From the NCBI RefSeq assembly GCF_964355755.1, contig NC_092673.1, positions 33,477,648 through 33,541,647 of the forward strand: a DNA stretch of 64,000 bases. Direction: 5' to 3'. This document shows positions 13,001 to 24,905 of this stretch, piece by piece. Origin of the DNA: Antedon mediterranea. Its lineage: Eukaryota > Animalia > Echinodermata. A program made the translations under genes and the position numbers. Numbering within the stretch: position 1 is the first letter of the stretch; each line of letters opens with the position of its first letter. The notes below the pieces were generated by a model. The model was not told the DNA's origin. It made no database searches and was given only the letters and a program-made list of their open reading frames with translations.

Positions 13001-14510
13001 GTCTGAAACCGAACTAACTGTCGGTACCGGTACACTATATGCAATGGTATGATAATATACATTTCGTGGTTTTCGTGGTTATATAGGAAATGAATTTATT
13101 CCACCATTACAACACTATTACTAGTATTATTCCGGAAATTACAATAGGGTTGGTGCCGCTAGGAAATTACGGTTTCCCACCTCCCATTCCTTCTAAAATA
13201 AAAACCGAATATATAACTTGAATTTTACATTTCTGGTATTTTTATTCAACTTCAGATTTTTATTTTCATGCTATAGCAAAAATTATCCACCGTATATCCA
13301 CCATCTTTGTTCACCTTCTAGGGAGTCACAAGACATGTTATTACATTTGGTTAAACTACCGTACCTAACTACTGAAAAAAATGTCTTCCTGGTTTTTATA
13401 GCAGAATTTTGCCAAATTTTGTATTTGACCATAATAAGGGAAATTCATGTTTTTCGTCTTGATTTCTGTTACAAATATTTGATTTATGTACAATTAACCA
13501 GATATTATTTAAAATTCATGCCTGTACCTGAGCTTTAAAGTAAAAATACATTGCTACTCACCATATTATTTAATATTGATGTTTGTCTATTTACTAATTC
13601 TTCGACTTTCTTATCTAAATCGTCGACAATTGAGGGAATAGGAGCTGCTTTCACACTGTATAGGCAGGTAGCGATTAATAATAAAACGACTGCGAATGAC
13701 AGAAAAATAAATACATTATTATAAATTCTAAAAAAAATTAGATAATAAGAGAAAACTATTCTTAAAGATTAAGGAATTAAAGACTTGTTCGCGCATGCAT
13801 AAGACATTTTATAATACTGTAGGCCTAGCCTAATGCTGATTGCAGTAACTACCGACGATACACGCACAGCTTGGTTCTCGTTCAACGCAAGGAAGGTAAC
13901 GCAACGCAAGCGTGTTGACCAATGACAAGCGAAATTTCGAATAATCCATCGCTTGTGATTGATCAACTAACTTACGTTGTGTATACGTCCTTGCGTTGCG
14001 TCCTAGTGGGAACCAAGCCTAACTAGGACGTCGACCATTCGAATAATAATCAATCGCCTGTGGTTGATCAAATTACATGCGTTGCGCTTATATCCTTGCT
14101 TAACGTCCTAGTGTAGATTGAGTTCTAATAAAGGTCTAGTTGAATTGTATAATTATTATTTGATCGTTTTATGGAGATGAGTGGATGACTACGATTGATA
14201 TTATTATTAATTAAGCTCATCCACAATGAGGGACCTCAAAACAAAACAAACGTAAAGCATGATTATTGCGCACTATAAGTACATACTGTAATCTAATCAA
14301 TGTACTATCCGTTAAAGGTTTATTATAGGCAAACTATCCTACCAACAGAATAATATACAGAAATTGACTGGGTTCTATCGATCCATCCATCGTGTACACG
14401 ATCATGGCAATAACAACCCTATTTAGTAGCCTAATGGGCTCAGATTATATAAGGAAAAAATGAGAAAAAAAATCAACGTATAAACTCTTACCTGTCGCCA
14501 TTCTGTACAT
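10066..14510 (-). CDS. Secreted 199-aa candidate long-chain four-helix-bundle cytokine (IL-6/IL-11-like), paralogue 2
   Basis: Exons 14510-14492, 13689-13562, 11622-11518, 10949-10782, 10245-10066 (19/128/105/168/180 nt), GT-AG, phases 1,0,0,0: MYRMATVVLLLIATCLYSVKAAPIPSIVDDLDKKVEELVNRQTSILNNM|KTMRFGDPGYTNGYTNNNVPQNQDAYARSQQPDIT|FPQIFAAYYDELFTYNNAMICFKNYETKMNRTPNYVDDFVKIQLVITEVQHRITRY|LEQELEHDLIAGSEGHPVACRFFNEQANDFMMVATMDNFADYLSVLRDDVIRLRFSGSQ*. Shares KxxRFG and NFxDY...DDVIR with paralogue 1. Confidence 0.85.
11299..11476. mobile_element. MITE family A (intron 3 of paralogue 2)
   Basis: Both TIRs present; nearly identical in reverse orientation to 60907-61085. Confidence 0.85.
12364..12511. 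mobile_element. MITE family A
   Basis: TTGGTTCCCACTAG...CTAGTGGGAACCACGCT, TAA on both flanks. Confidence 0.8.
12664..12870. repeat. ~28-30-bp degenerate minisatellite, ~7 copies
   Basis: Unit GTTCAATCAGACTGGACAGTCTATGGGCCC. Confidence 0.9.
13205..13538. mobile_element. Dispersed repeat, TTAA-ended (Kolobok-like) non-autonomous element fragment
   Basis: Closely similar in reverse orientation to 18664-18968; ends GTACCTGAGCT-TTAA, compare GTACCTGGCCT-TTAA at 19230-19244. Confidence 0.6.
13868..14019. mobile_element. MITE family A
   Basis: AGCTTGGTTC...CTAGTGGGAACCAAGCC, followed by a partial second copy to ~14115. Confidence 0.75.
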
Positions 14511-14550
14511 GTTTACGTTTAGGAATGATCTGATTTGACTCCATCTCTGC

Positions 14551-14754
14551 TTTTATATATGTAAGGCTATCAGATCATTTCTCAGATTCAAAATACCGCT
14601 TTCCCTATTACCGATGAAGTTTTACTTGCCTTACCGATGATGTAATCGCTAACAGTAATGTTGGCCAATAGTGCTCTTTTGTACTGTTACGTATCCTATG
14701 CAAAGTTGCTTTGAGCTCTGATTGGATGATGTGGATGACATCATGGGATTCCCC
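14551..14754 (-). promoter_or_regulatory. Proximal promoter of paralogue 2 with TATA, C/EBP-ATF-like, CCAAT, CRE-like and kappaB motifs
   Basis: TATATAAAA (14551-14559, minus), TGATGTAAT (~14638-14646), CCAAT (14721-14725, minus), TGACATCA (14736-14743), GGGATTCCCC (14745-14754, matches NF-kB consensus GGGRNNYYCC). Confidence 0.55.
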
Positions 14755-15871
14755 TTTTCGATGTAGTAACGAAATAATTCAACAGTCGACTCAGTACGCT
14801 GCAAGAGAACAGAAGATTTAGTTTGATATTGGAATCATAGGCCTAAACCACTTACAGTTTTCAAATCACTGTATTGTCTGTCACTATTTTTCGTGTTTAG
14901 GATTATATTAGATGATTTTGATTGTCAGCATGCCATCGGAAGTGAATTGCAGTGCAGCAGATCGCGTACATAGGCCTACTACTAGGCTAGTAAGCCTAGC
15001 TTTAGGTAGGCTAGGCCTTTGTGTGCCGCTGCGATACCTCGTAACGTGTAAGGTACCCGTGTGTATACAGTATTCTTGAATATAATAGGCCGTTCGGTTT
15101 GGTTTTGTAACCAGGGAAGAGACGTATTGATGGGTGGGTTGTGACGGTGCCACTGCCTGTCTGTGGTAGGTTACCCAACAACAAAAAAGGCCCATAAAAT
15201 CTCATAAAATCATATGGATGGGTTTGGAATCCCGAATTTTAATTTGCATGACACTGACAGAGGAATATAGTACTAGAGTAGCCTAAGTAGGAGACGTTGA
15301 TCTCCAGCAATTGTATTTTATGACAAATTTGTATTATCTATAATAATGCCTATTATTAATATAATACTGTACATATATGCGTATTGAAATTTATTCTAGG
15401 TGAAAAGTCTTGTATTAGAAAATTTAGTTCAGAATAAAACTGGTATGTAGATTGAATACGAAGTTGATACAGTAGTTATGTTTGTGAGTGTTTTTTTTTT
15501 CAATATTGCGTTATTAACACACTCGTACTGCTCTGGGTAGCACATGCGCCTGTAGTAGGCAGCACCATTAGCCTACCAAACAATCGATTGGATTTGCTGT
15601 ATCAAAGAACGGGATATGGAGTGGAAGATTCCAGTAGTGACAGCAGGTACCGTAGGCATACCGATGTGTTCTTCAGTGGTTACTGTTAGTTGATTGATGC
15701 CGAAGTGTGTTATGATTGTCCCCGGGTATTTCTTGTTAGACCCAAAAACCACCTGAGCAGTGTAACGGTAGACATGCTCATGAGCTGGTTGGGCATCGAC
15801 ATCGAAAGCTCACTGTCAAAATGTTATAAGAAAGAAGGGGTCTGATCATAAATTGAACAATTCGAAATGCA

Positions 15872-16309
15872 TACCGCATAGGCAGCAATGGGTGTGTGCT
15901 CTGTTCTGGGTTGACCGACTAGCATAGTATAGGTGTTTAGCGCATACCGCATAGGCAGCAATGGGTGTGTGCTCTGTTCTGGGTTGACCGACTAGCATAG
16001 TATAGGTGTTTAGCGCCTACCGCATAGGCAGCAATTGGTGTGTGCTCTGTTCTGGGTTGACCGACTAGCATAGTATAGGTGTTTAGCGCCTACCGCATAG
16101 GCAGCAATTGGTGTGTGCTCTGTTCTGGGTTGACCGACTAGCATAGTATAGGTGTTTAGCGCCTACCGCATAGGCAGCAATGGGTGTGTGCTCTGTTCTG
16201 GGTTGACCGACTAGCATAGTATAGGTGTTTAGCGCCTACCGCATAGGCAGCAATGGGTGTGTGCTCTGTTCTGGGTTGACCGACTAGCATAGTATAGGTG
16301 TTTAGCGCC
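15872..16309. repeat. 73-bp minisatellite, 6 copies
   Basis: Unit TACCGCATAGGCAGCAATGGGTGTGTGCTCTGTTCTGGGTTGACCGACTAGCATAGTATAGGTGTTTAGCGCC. Confidence 0.95.
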
Positions 16310-16759
16310 TGTTTGGTCTTTCTTTCTTGCCTTTTATATATGTTTTGTCTTCTTTTTATTGTATATGGCAGAAAATTGAATAAGTAAATATATAATAATA
16401 TATAATTCATTAAGGTACTAAATTAGGCCTATTAATAATTTAGCAGAAATGTATATTATTTGGGATTTTTTTTAAAATATATAACTGTTGTGAGATACAT
16501 TTATCTTAATTTGTTTATTATTTTGAATTGAATCAATTTCAATCGAATTCAAAAACAGATCTTGCTTGCTATTAGTGGAGAAAGGCGGAGGGGATGTTCT
16601 ATAGAGAGGATCGCCAGAGTGCTTTTGATAAAATTATCACTGGCATGATATTTTTTAGTGAAAGATTCAAAGCGAGGCCATGTTTCCGCGCCGGAAATGT
16701 TTGGAATATTGTTGAGTGAAAGAGTGAATCGATAATTTCTTTACATTTGTAAATATGGA

Positions 16760-17465
16760 AGTTTGGTGTAATTGACTTCTCTGACCTAAATGGATCACAG
16801 TAGCTCAAATCTTTTCTGTTTCACTACGTTATGCTTTTTAAATATAGTAGGTGTACTATTAAAGATGTATCCCCCCCCCCCTCCACCCCACCCCAAGCAA
16901 AATAAACATGAAAAGTGAAGATTAATAAAATCAGACGTTTATTTAAGTTTAATATAATTGAATTTTCTGACCTAAATGGATCTCAGTAGCTCAAATCTTT
17001 TCTGTTTCACTACGTTATGCTTTTAAATACAGTAGGCGTACTATTAAAGATATATCTCTCCCCCCCCCCCCCTCCCCCCCCCCTCCAACAAGAAAAACAT
17101 GAAAGTTGAAGATTAATAAAATCAGACTTTATTTAAGTTTGGTCTAATTGAATTTCTGACCCGATGGGTCTCAGTAGCTCAACTTTTGTTCTGGTTTGCT
17201 ACGGTATATGCTTTTTAAATACAGTAGGCCTACTATAAAGATTTAGTCCAACAAAACACATGGAAAGTGAAGATTAATAAAATCAAACTTTTATTTAAGT
17301 TTGGTCTGATTGAATTTTCTGACCTATAATCTCAGTAGCTCAAACCTTTTCTGTTTCGCTACGGTACCGAATATGATTTTTAAATACAGTAGGCCTACTA
17401 TTAAAGATGTATTGTCCCCCAAAAAACATTAAAAGTAAAGATTAATAAAATCAGACTTTTATTTA
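16760..17465. repeat. Four degenerate tandem copies of a ~165-190-bp unit
   Basis: Recurring TCAGTAGCTCAAATCTTTTCTGTTTCACTACG...ACAGTAGGCCTACTATTAAAGATGTAT...GAAGATTAATAAAATCAGAC; includes the TTAAAGATGTATTGTCCCC terminus also seen at 30500. Confidence 0.8.
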
Positions 17466-18663
17466 TTTATTTATTTATTCTGGTTTATTTTAAAAACGAC
17501 ATTGTAGTACAAAACTAAATTGCGTCCAATAGAAAAATACAACCATGATACGTAGAAAAAAACGTATAGATGTGTTATTATAGAGTCAAGCTAAATTTCA
17601 TATACATAAAAAAAAAAAGACAATATTTAATAAAAAAAAAATATATATAGCATTATAAAATAAATTTACATATTCAAATAATTGCGAAAAAAATTTCCAG
17701 TTTTCCTAAAAACAAATAAAAGTATATTTTTAATTTATTGAATAGGCCTACATAGATATTATATATTTGATAAACGATTTCATGATTTAAATTAGTTTCG
17801 GTTCATTATGCATCTTAGAGCCACTCAATACAATTGTTTAATTATTAAAAATAAAATGTTATTTATGTTGACAGGTCGTGGCATAGTATCGGTATCTGTT
17901 CGCAATAGACCCATAGCAACCGTTCATCCCTTTTTGCAACAGAAAACATAACATTAGTTTCGGTTTCGATACCCTGTCTATTGAATTAGGCATTGTATAA
18001 ATAGATATGAAAGGAAATCCCGATTCTAAAAATAGATACTTCGATTAGATACGCGGAAAGAAACTTCCCGATGCTAAAAATAGATTCGTCCATTTATGTG
18101 TATAAGCCGTCTATTGATGAAAATTGATTGACCAAACAACAATACATGCGGTATTATAATTGCAAATGAGACATTTCCTGAATATTATGAAGTGAAGATG
18201 ATGAGAATATTAAAGTAAATGATTTGATTAGGCCTATTGAGACTTAATTATTGATTAATACAGTAGGCCTATTGGGTTGTTTTTATTGTCAGTCAATAAT
18301 GCTTCGTACAATACAAAACTTCATAATCATATCATTTTCAATTCGCAATTTATTAAACATTAAAAATCAGTAATATGTTACGTACATATTCTTAAATAAG
18401 ACCATGGGCCTAAACAGAAACATCTCATTACCTTAACGTAATCAATCAACCGTGAAATCGGTTAAACACTTTCTCTTCTTACAGAAGATACTTTTTTTAT
18501 AATAATTTTAAAATCATCTTTACTGTCAAAATACAGTAAAAAGTACTGTGAAAATCGCAAATTAGCAACTGTTGTGTCGTGCCATAAAGTCAGGAGGCTC
18601 TGTAACACAATTTTAATCTTATATAATAGATACTATACTAGGCCCTAGTTCTTATAAAGAGTG

Positions 18664-19244
18664 GGGTACAGGCATGAATTTTAAATTTAATATTTGGTCA
18701 ATTGTACATATATCAAATATTTGTAACAGAAATCGAAACAAAAAAACATGAATTTCCCATAATATGGTCAAATACAAAATTTTGCAAAATTCTTCCATAA
18801 AAACCAGGAAGACTTTTTTTCAGTAGTTAGGTAGTTAACCTGATCTGATGACTCTCTAGACGGTGAAAAAAGATGGTGGATATACAGTGGATAATTTTTG
18901 CTATAGCATGAAAATAAAAATCTGAAATTGAATAAAAATATTAGAAATGTAATATTCAAGTTATATTACCTATATTAAGTCCTCTGATAACATATTTTAC
19001 CACACCGTTTATTTTTCATAGCTTTTTAAAATGCCTCTCTATTTACAAAATGTGTGTACAAAAGAATAGAGATTTTACTGTGTAATTTTAACTATCCCCC
19101 CACTGATAAGAAAGTGCTTATTTTCAACAAGCTCGTGTAACACAAATAAAATCCAAAAAATTATGAAACATAGGGGAAACTAAAGATTGATAATTATTGG
19201 AATGTATGATCAATAGAAATTTTTTGCCCGTACCTGGCCTTTAA
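18664..19244. mobile_element. Dispersed TTAA-ended element related to 13205-13538
   Basis: Inverted copy of 13205-13538 (ORFs 13218 and 18768 give near-identical translations); right end GTACCTGGCCTTTAA. Confidence 0.6.
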
Positions 19245-20010
19245 GCATTTTACAAAATTAAACACTGTTGAGTAAAGAATTGCTAGTGAGATAGAGGTCA
19301 CTAACATTATACCTTAATTACATTGTTTATATGTTTATAACAATACTGTAGAATCAAAAGGCCAGCACAACATGGCCCAAACAATGGCAAGAAAAGCAAG
19401 CACCCTGATATATCAATTAAACAACTATTCCAATATACATTATAAATAACAGAAAACATAATAAATAAAAATAACCGTAAATCTAATAGTTCACACTCTA
19501 ATAAAACCCTTCTAAAAGTAACCCACCAAGTCAATCTATGGAGGTTACTATTATTTATTACTATATAAACGTATGACAACATCGTTTAGCGAGGTATACT
19601 GTGGGGTATATAGCACATAAGTTGGAAGGCGTTAATTTCGTTTGATTTGATTTAAACCAATAATACAAGAAAACCCGATTATTAAACATTGTTGCACGAA
19701 CCAAGGATTTGTTTAAACGCATGACGTCAGCGTTCACGTGTTATAACACATATTGTATAGCACTCCTGCTTAAGCTTGGTTTGCACTAGGACGCAGCGCA
19801 AGAACGTAAGCGCAAGGCTACTAAATTGACCAATCACGACGCGATGGATGATGATTCATCGCGTCATGATTGGTCAAATTACTTGCATTGCTTTAAAAGA
19901 GGTGTGTGTGTGTTTATTTTCGTAAGGTTGTTTTATAAAAAATAAATGATTATTAATATTAGCTGAACATTAATTTTTTTTTTAAATAAATTAACTTATT
20001 GGCATGACAA

Positions 20011-20664
20011 TCAAGAGCTGCTACTATTATGATGTAAACGTATGACGTCATCATAGAGCACACTTACAAAAGTTGATAAATTTTCAACGATTACGGCATT
20101 TTCGTTGATTCGATGAGCATCGTTAAAATATCGGCGACATGGAAAAGGAGCCAAAGTAGCATAAGGTCCGCCGCCATCACCAGTGCTTTGAAGCTGTGGA
20201 GTAAACAATAAAATTATTAAAATAAACATCTAGATCAAAGATTTATCAATAAAAAAATCAATAACTTTGAAATAAACATTTGTTAGTATTCTATTTTCTA
20301 TTTATTATAAGTTAATATTAATGATATCAAAGCTCGGTTCGCACTTGGACGCAACGCAAAATAAGCGCAGCGAATTTGACCAATCACGACACGATGGATC
20401 ACCCGAACCGTCGCTTGTGATTGGTCAAATTCTTGCCATAAAGCTTACGTTGTTGCGTTCAAATGCTAAGCAACATGAAATGGAAAAACTTACATAGTTA
20501 TCAATGCGATAATTAACGTCTAAGATGTCGTTGATTATATCTTGACAAGCTTCTGAATAGTTTGTTGAGGACGAGGAGGAGATGATCGACTCTCTTTGCT
20601 TCACACAAATCATTCCTTGGCGATAACCCCTGAGGTCTGTAATATACTCCCGAAAATGATCGTT
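20011..20664 (-). CDS. Cytokine-like paralogue 3, exons 4-5 only (exons 1-3 not found; possibly a 5'-truncated pseudogene)
   Basis: Exon 20664-20494 (171 nt: NDHFREYITDLRGYRQGMICVKQRESIISSSSSTNYSEACQDIINDILDVNYRIDNY, donor GTAAGT) and 20193-20011 (183 nt: LQSTGDGGGPYATLAPFPCRRYFNDAHRINENAVIVENLSTFVSVLYDDVIRLHHNSSSS*). Shares MIC, CR, SVL.DDVIRL and phase-0 boundaries with paralogue 2. Confidence 0.75.
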
Positions 20665-20730
20665 CTAATTAAAAGAAAATTATTTAATGGTATTGGTTTT
20701 ATAATTAAAATGATATATATATATAAATAT

Positions 20731-20925
20731 GATGGGACGTAAAGCCGTTGGTCCCGTGTACATAATGCAATATTACACTATTCGCAAAGAGTAGAGGATC
20801 GTCTTCCGCGGTGTGCTGGTCGGCGCTGCACTGCTGGCTGTCGTGGGTCCGTGGAGGGCCTAATCCGAATTTCCTCAGTTTCCAGTTAAGCATGAGGACA
20901 AATATAAAAACCTTATATCTTATAA
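20731..20925 (+). mobile_element. 5'-truncated SINE with Deu/Nin-like domain
   Basis: GGGACGTAAAGCCGTTGGTCCCGTGT...TTCGCAAAGAGTAGAGG...CGGTGTGCTGG resembles the Deu/Nin central domain and the SINE at 53770-54064. Confidence 0.55.
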
Positions 20926-20930
20926 TATCC

Positions 20931-22251
20931 TTTATTTGTTTGTTTGTTTTTTATTGATTTTCCACACAAAATGAATATGATAATTAAGTAACAATAAACA
21001 TATATATATACAAGAAAGATGTGTCGCTGGTGGGCAAATAAGTTCAAAGAACTTTAAGGCTTACCCACCAGAAAAGATACAATAAACATTATCAAGTATA
21101 ACGAGTAATTAATACATAGTAAGAATATAAAATAAGAAGTAAAAATACATAAGTAAAATAAAAAATTTAAAAAGTAAGTAAATAAGAAAAACAGTAGTAC
21201 TGTATAAGTTATTAAAATGAATCATAAGTGTTTTAAACTTTAGCATTTGCACAAGTAATAATAAGTTAATAATAATAATAAATACGTAGTATTTAAGTAC
21301 TAATAAATTATTTATTATATTCAGAGACTAAAAGCTTTTTGTAGTTGTATTTAAAACTATAAGAGACTGTACATTTTCTTTTTAATTAACTCTTGTGAGA
21401 TTACTCTCCAGAGCTTAGGTCCAACATAAAAACCAGAGTGACGACGAGGCTTATAAAACGACTTATCAGGAATAAAATTATTTATCGAACTTCTAGTGTT
21501 ATGTGTATGACCATCAGCAGTTTTTGAAAATAGAGAACTTATATGAAAAGGCAAGATATTTTTAGATAAGCGGAACATAAATAGAGCTATCTGAAGCTTA
21601 TTCAAATCATAAATGTTTAGAACGTTAAGCTTATAAAAAAGTAATTTCGAATATGTGATCTATAAGATTGCCCTGCACAAATACGTAAAGCACGTTTTTG
21701 TAATTTGAAAAAGCAGTCAATATGGGTAGTCTCATTACTAAGCCATGGGCACAATGTATCGAACTTATCTAAGGTAACGGCCCAACTTAAATTAATATAT
21801 GAAAGATAAGGTAAAACTAAGACATTGTATAATGTGAGTAGGATTTGTTGAGGGAGTAGATGTTTAAGTTTGTTAATTATACCTATGTTTCTAGCGATCA
21901 AGCTACTGGTTGTATTAATATGTTGCTTCCATGTCAAATTTGAGTCAATAGTGACACCAAGGAACTTGATTTCATGAACATGGTTAATTAGCATTTTATC
22001 AATGTATATATTTTTATCTGTTTTTGTTTTGGCTTTTGGTTTTGGATATGTTAAGAATTAATTTGTTGCATTTTAACCAGTTTGATATGTTACAAAGTTC
22101 ATTGTTCATGATATTAAATAAAGTGTTAAGATTAGAATGTGAATAAAATATGTTAGTATCGTCGGCAAAAAGAATAAATTTGAGTATTCTAGAGCTGGAG
22201 GGTATGTCGTTAACGAAAATAGAAAATAAAAGTGGGCCTAAGATTGAGCCT
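20931..22251 (-). mobile_element. 5'-truncated, frameshifted L2/CR1-group LINE
   Basis: RT motifs GSILGPLLF and LFADDT (ORF 22014-22280), KFLGVTIDSNLTWKQHI (21617-21994), HNTRS...GPKLW (21357-21605); 3' stem-loop CTGGTGGG...CCCACCAG at 21027-21071 and an (AAAC)n-like tail at ~20931-20950. Confidence 0.9.
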
Positions 22252-24367
22252 TTATAGTTTAATAGTTTTCCAAATAACAAACAAAAACACGATTAGAGAA
22301 GATATCCGGAGGCTTTGCCCATAATTTCTTTTTTCAATTTGTAAATTTAAGATTTTAGCAGGGAGTTGTGCAATTTTACTTTTTCCTGTTTGTAGTAATA
22401 AAGGCCAATATACACGGGTGTCTAGAAAACTAAGATCTAGAAAACTAAGACCCAAATATATTTTGAAAATACCATTGTTTAGTGTTACCTACCTATTTTA
22501 TATCATTTATAATACAGTAATTTATTGAAAGTGCTAAAACATTGCTGAAAATCAAAGTCAATTTATTCGTATTGCAATGTAAAGGCTCTTATCCTATGCC
22601 TGGATGATGTACCAGGAATATTGAATGTGTCATATTGCAATCAACTATTCCCGAGTACTACTCGCTATGAAATCCACTTTCCAACGTCGATGACTTTCGA
22701 TCGATCCATCATGGAATATCCATTGGTTATACTATATGTTGTTCATTTATCGGATTTAGTGCCAACTACAGTTAATCTAAATCCATGGATTAGTTACGTA
22801 ATTATTGTATTATTTTGTAATAATAAATTGTTTTCAGTTTTAAGTATTTTTTTTTTAAATTTTAAATAGAAATGCACTGCACTGCACATTTTTTTTCCAT
22901 AAAAATCCAACAAATATATATTTACAGAAATTAAAAATCAATATTTCAAATATTAAATATAATATTTGATATAAAAAACATCTGTTTTGGTTTCGGGTGA
23001 TTAATTAGGTCAAATGTTACATCATATTTCTCAATAATAGTATCATGGTTATTTTGTAATGCATCTTTACTATAGTAGTACCGTATGCCATAGGACTACA
23101 TTATATTATATATAGTTAATCAAAAGTTCAGATTTCGGATATGTGGCATATCTATACATGCTTACCTCGTAGATTTAATTTGCATCAAGTAGGAACAAAA
23201 TTAATTTTTGTGTTTTTTTTATTTAATTTTTTTTTTTTCAAGAAAAAAATACAAAAATTGACGGGATAATAACGCACCTGTACTAAAAATTATACTTGAA
23301 CCAGAGGTGAGAAACAAATTAGCGACCAACCCACAAAACAACCAAACAGTAATAATGACGGAAGTTATTGTCAAGCTATTGTTGGAAATGACCTAGCATG
23401 TATCTCATTCAGCTTTACGAGCATTGTATCATTACATCAATGTTTCAATTGGCCATTATTACCATGTAATATGAAATAATGTCGATTATTAGCCATATAG
23501 AAATTGATATTAATAGTTTCCTTATATCCTTAATAGTGGTTAGTGTCTTTAGGACGGACTGACGGGGGAAAGGTCGGTAAAACGTCTTCCGGTGAGAGCA
23601 ACCGAAGACGGGGAATGCCGATGAATTTTTTCTTGATTTTTTGGTCCACTTTCATGGATGACCATACGCAATACTCATAAAGAATTTTGTAATTTGTTTA
23701 TTGATTCGACGTCTTAATATGCATTTTCACTATTTGAAAAGTTGCCTCAAAGAAATGAAAGTGACAACTGATTGAATCATAATAATTATATAATAAATGT
23801 TTCTTTTTTTTATTGTAAATTTGGTAATGTTTTATGAGTTGACGCCGCGTACCTTCCTTGGTGTTGAGTGCCACTGATGCAAATGGTGCTTGTAAATAAA
23901 TATTATCTAAGTTCAACTCTACTCAGAGAAAGACTTTATTTGTAGGCCAGCAGCCTTAAAATATAATTATTTTAATTGAAGATGCCAAATAATATATTAT
24001 TTTTTTAAATCATTAATAACATTTTTCGAAATACTTTTGAGTTATTGTTGTTACTGGGCCTAATTTTTCAGTATAAAATGAATGAAAATATTCAGTTTTG
24101 CTAACTTAATTATAAGTAATTAATTTAAATAATATACATATTCATAAAAATATGTATATATAGATATATATAATAATAATATAGATATACTGTATTAAGT
24201 GACGATGATAAAAGATAGGTATTTCATAACCTATAATACGCCCTTGATATTTCCACCTGCAAAACGAAATGTCTTTTTTTGTCCGGGCCATAATACTATA
24301 CTAATATCACTTTGACATATTCGTGTTATTATTCATTCATAGTTTGTTGTTATACTTTTATAAGGCC

Positions 24368-24905
24368 CCCGATCCCGATTATTATGTCTGGGTACGGTCC
24401 GCCGTGCACCCGATCCCGATTATTATGTCTGGGTACGGTCCGCCGTGCACCCGATCCCGATTATTATGTCTGGGTACGGTCCTCCGTGCACCCGATCTCG
24501 ATTATTATGTCTGGGTACGGTCCGCCGTGCACCCGATCTCGATTATTATGTCTGGGTACGGTCCGCCGTGCACCCGATCTCGATTATTATGTCTGGGTAC
24601 GGTCCGCCGTGCACCCGATCCTGATTATTATGTCTGGGTACGGTCCGCCGTGCACCCGATCCCGATTATTGTGTCGGGTACGGTCCGCGGTGCACCCGAT
24701 CCCGATTATTATGTCTGGGTACGGTCCGCCGTGCACCCGATCCCGATTATTATGTCTGGGTACGGTCCGCCGTGCACCCTATCCCGATTATTATGTCTGG
24801 GTACGGTCCGTCGTGCACCCGATCCCGATTATTATGTCTGGGTACGGTCCGCCGTGCCGTGCACCCGATCCCGATTATTATGTCTGGGTACGGTCCGTCG
24901 TGCAC
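24368..24905. repeat. 41-bp GC-rich minisatellite, ~13 copies
   Basis: Unit CCCGATCCCGATTATTATGTCTGGGTACGGTCCGCCGTGCA; stop-free on +, producing the three overlapping repetitive ORFs. Confidence 0.95.

Noticed and set aside
20705-20893. KLRKFG in this minus-strand ORF as the missing exon 3 of cytokine-like paralogue 3
   Set aside because: Spacing matches KxxRFG, but there is no AG acceptor before the Lys codon (it reads CTGG) and the region matches a SINE on the opposite strand.
22549-22869. Open, protein-like plus-strand stretch, and a GC-richer patch at 23553-23624
   Set aside because: No recognisable motif and no consistent splice model could be built.
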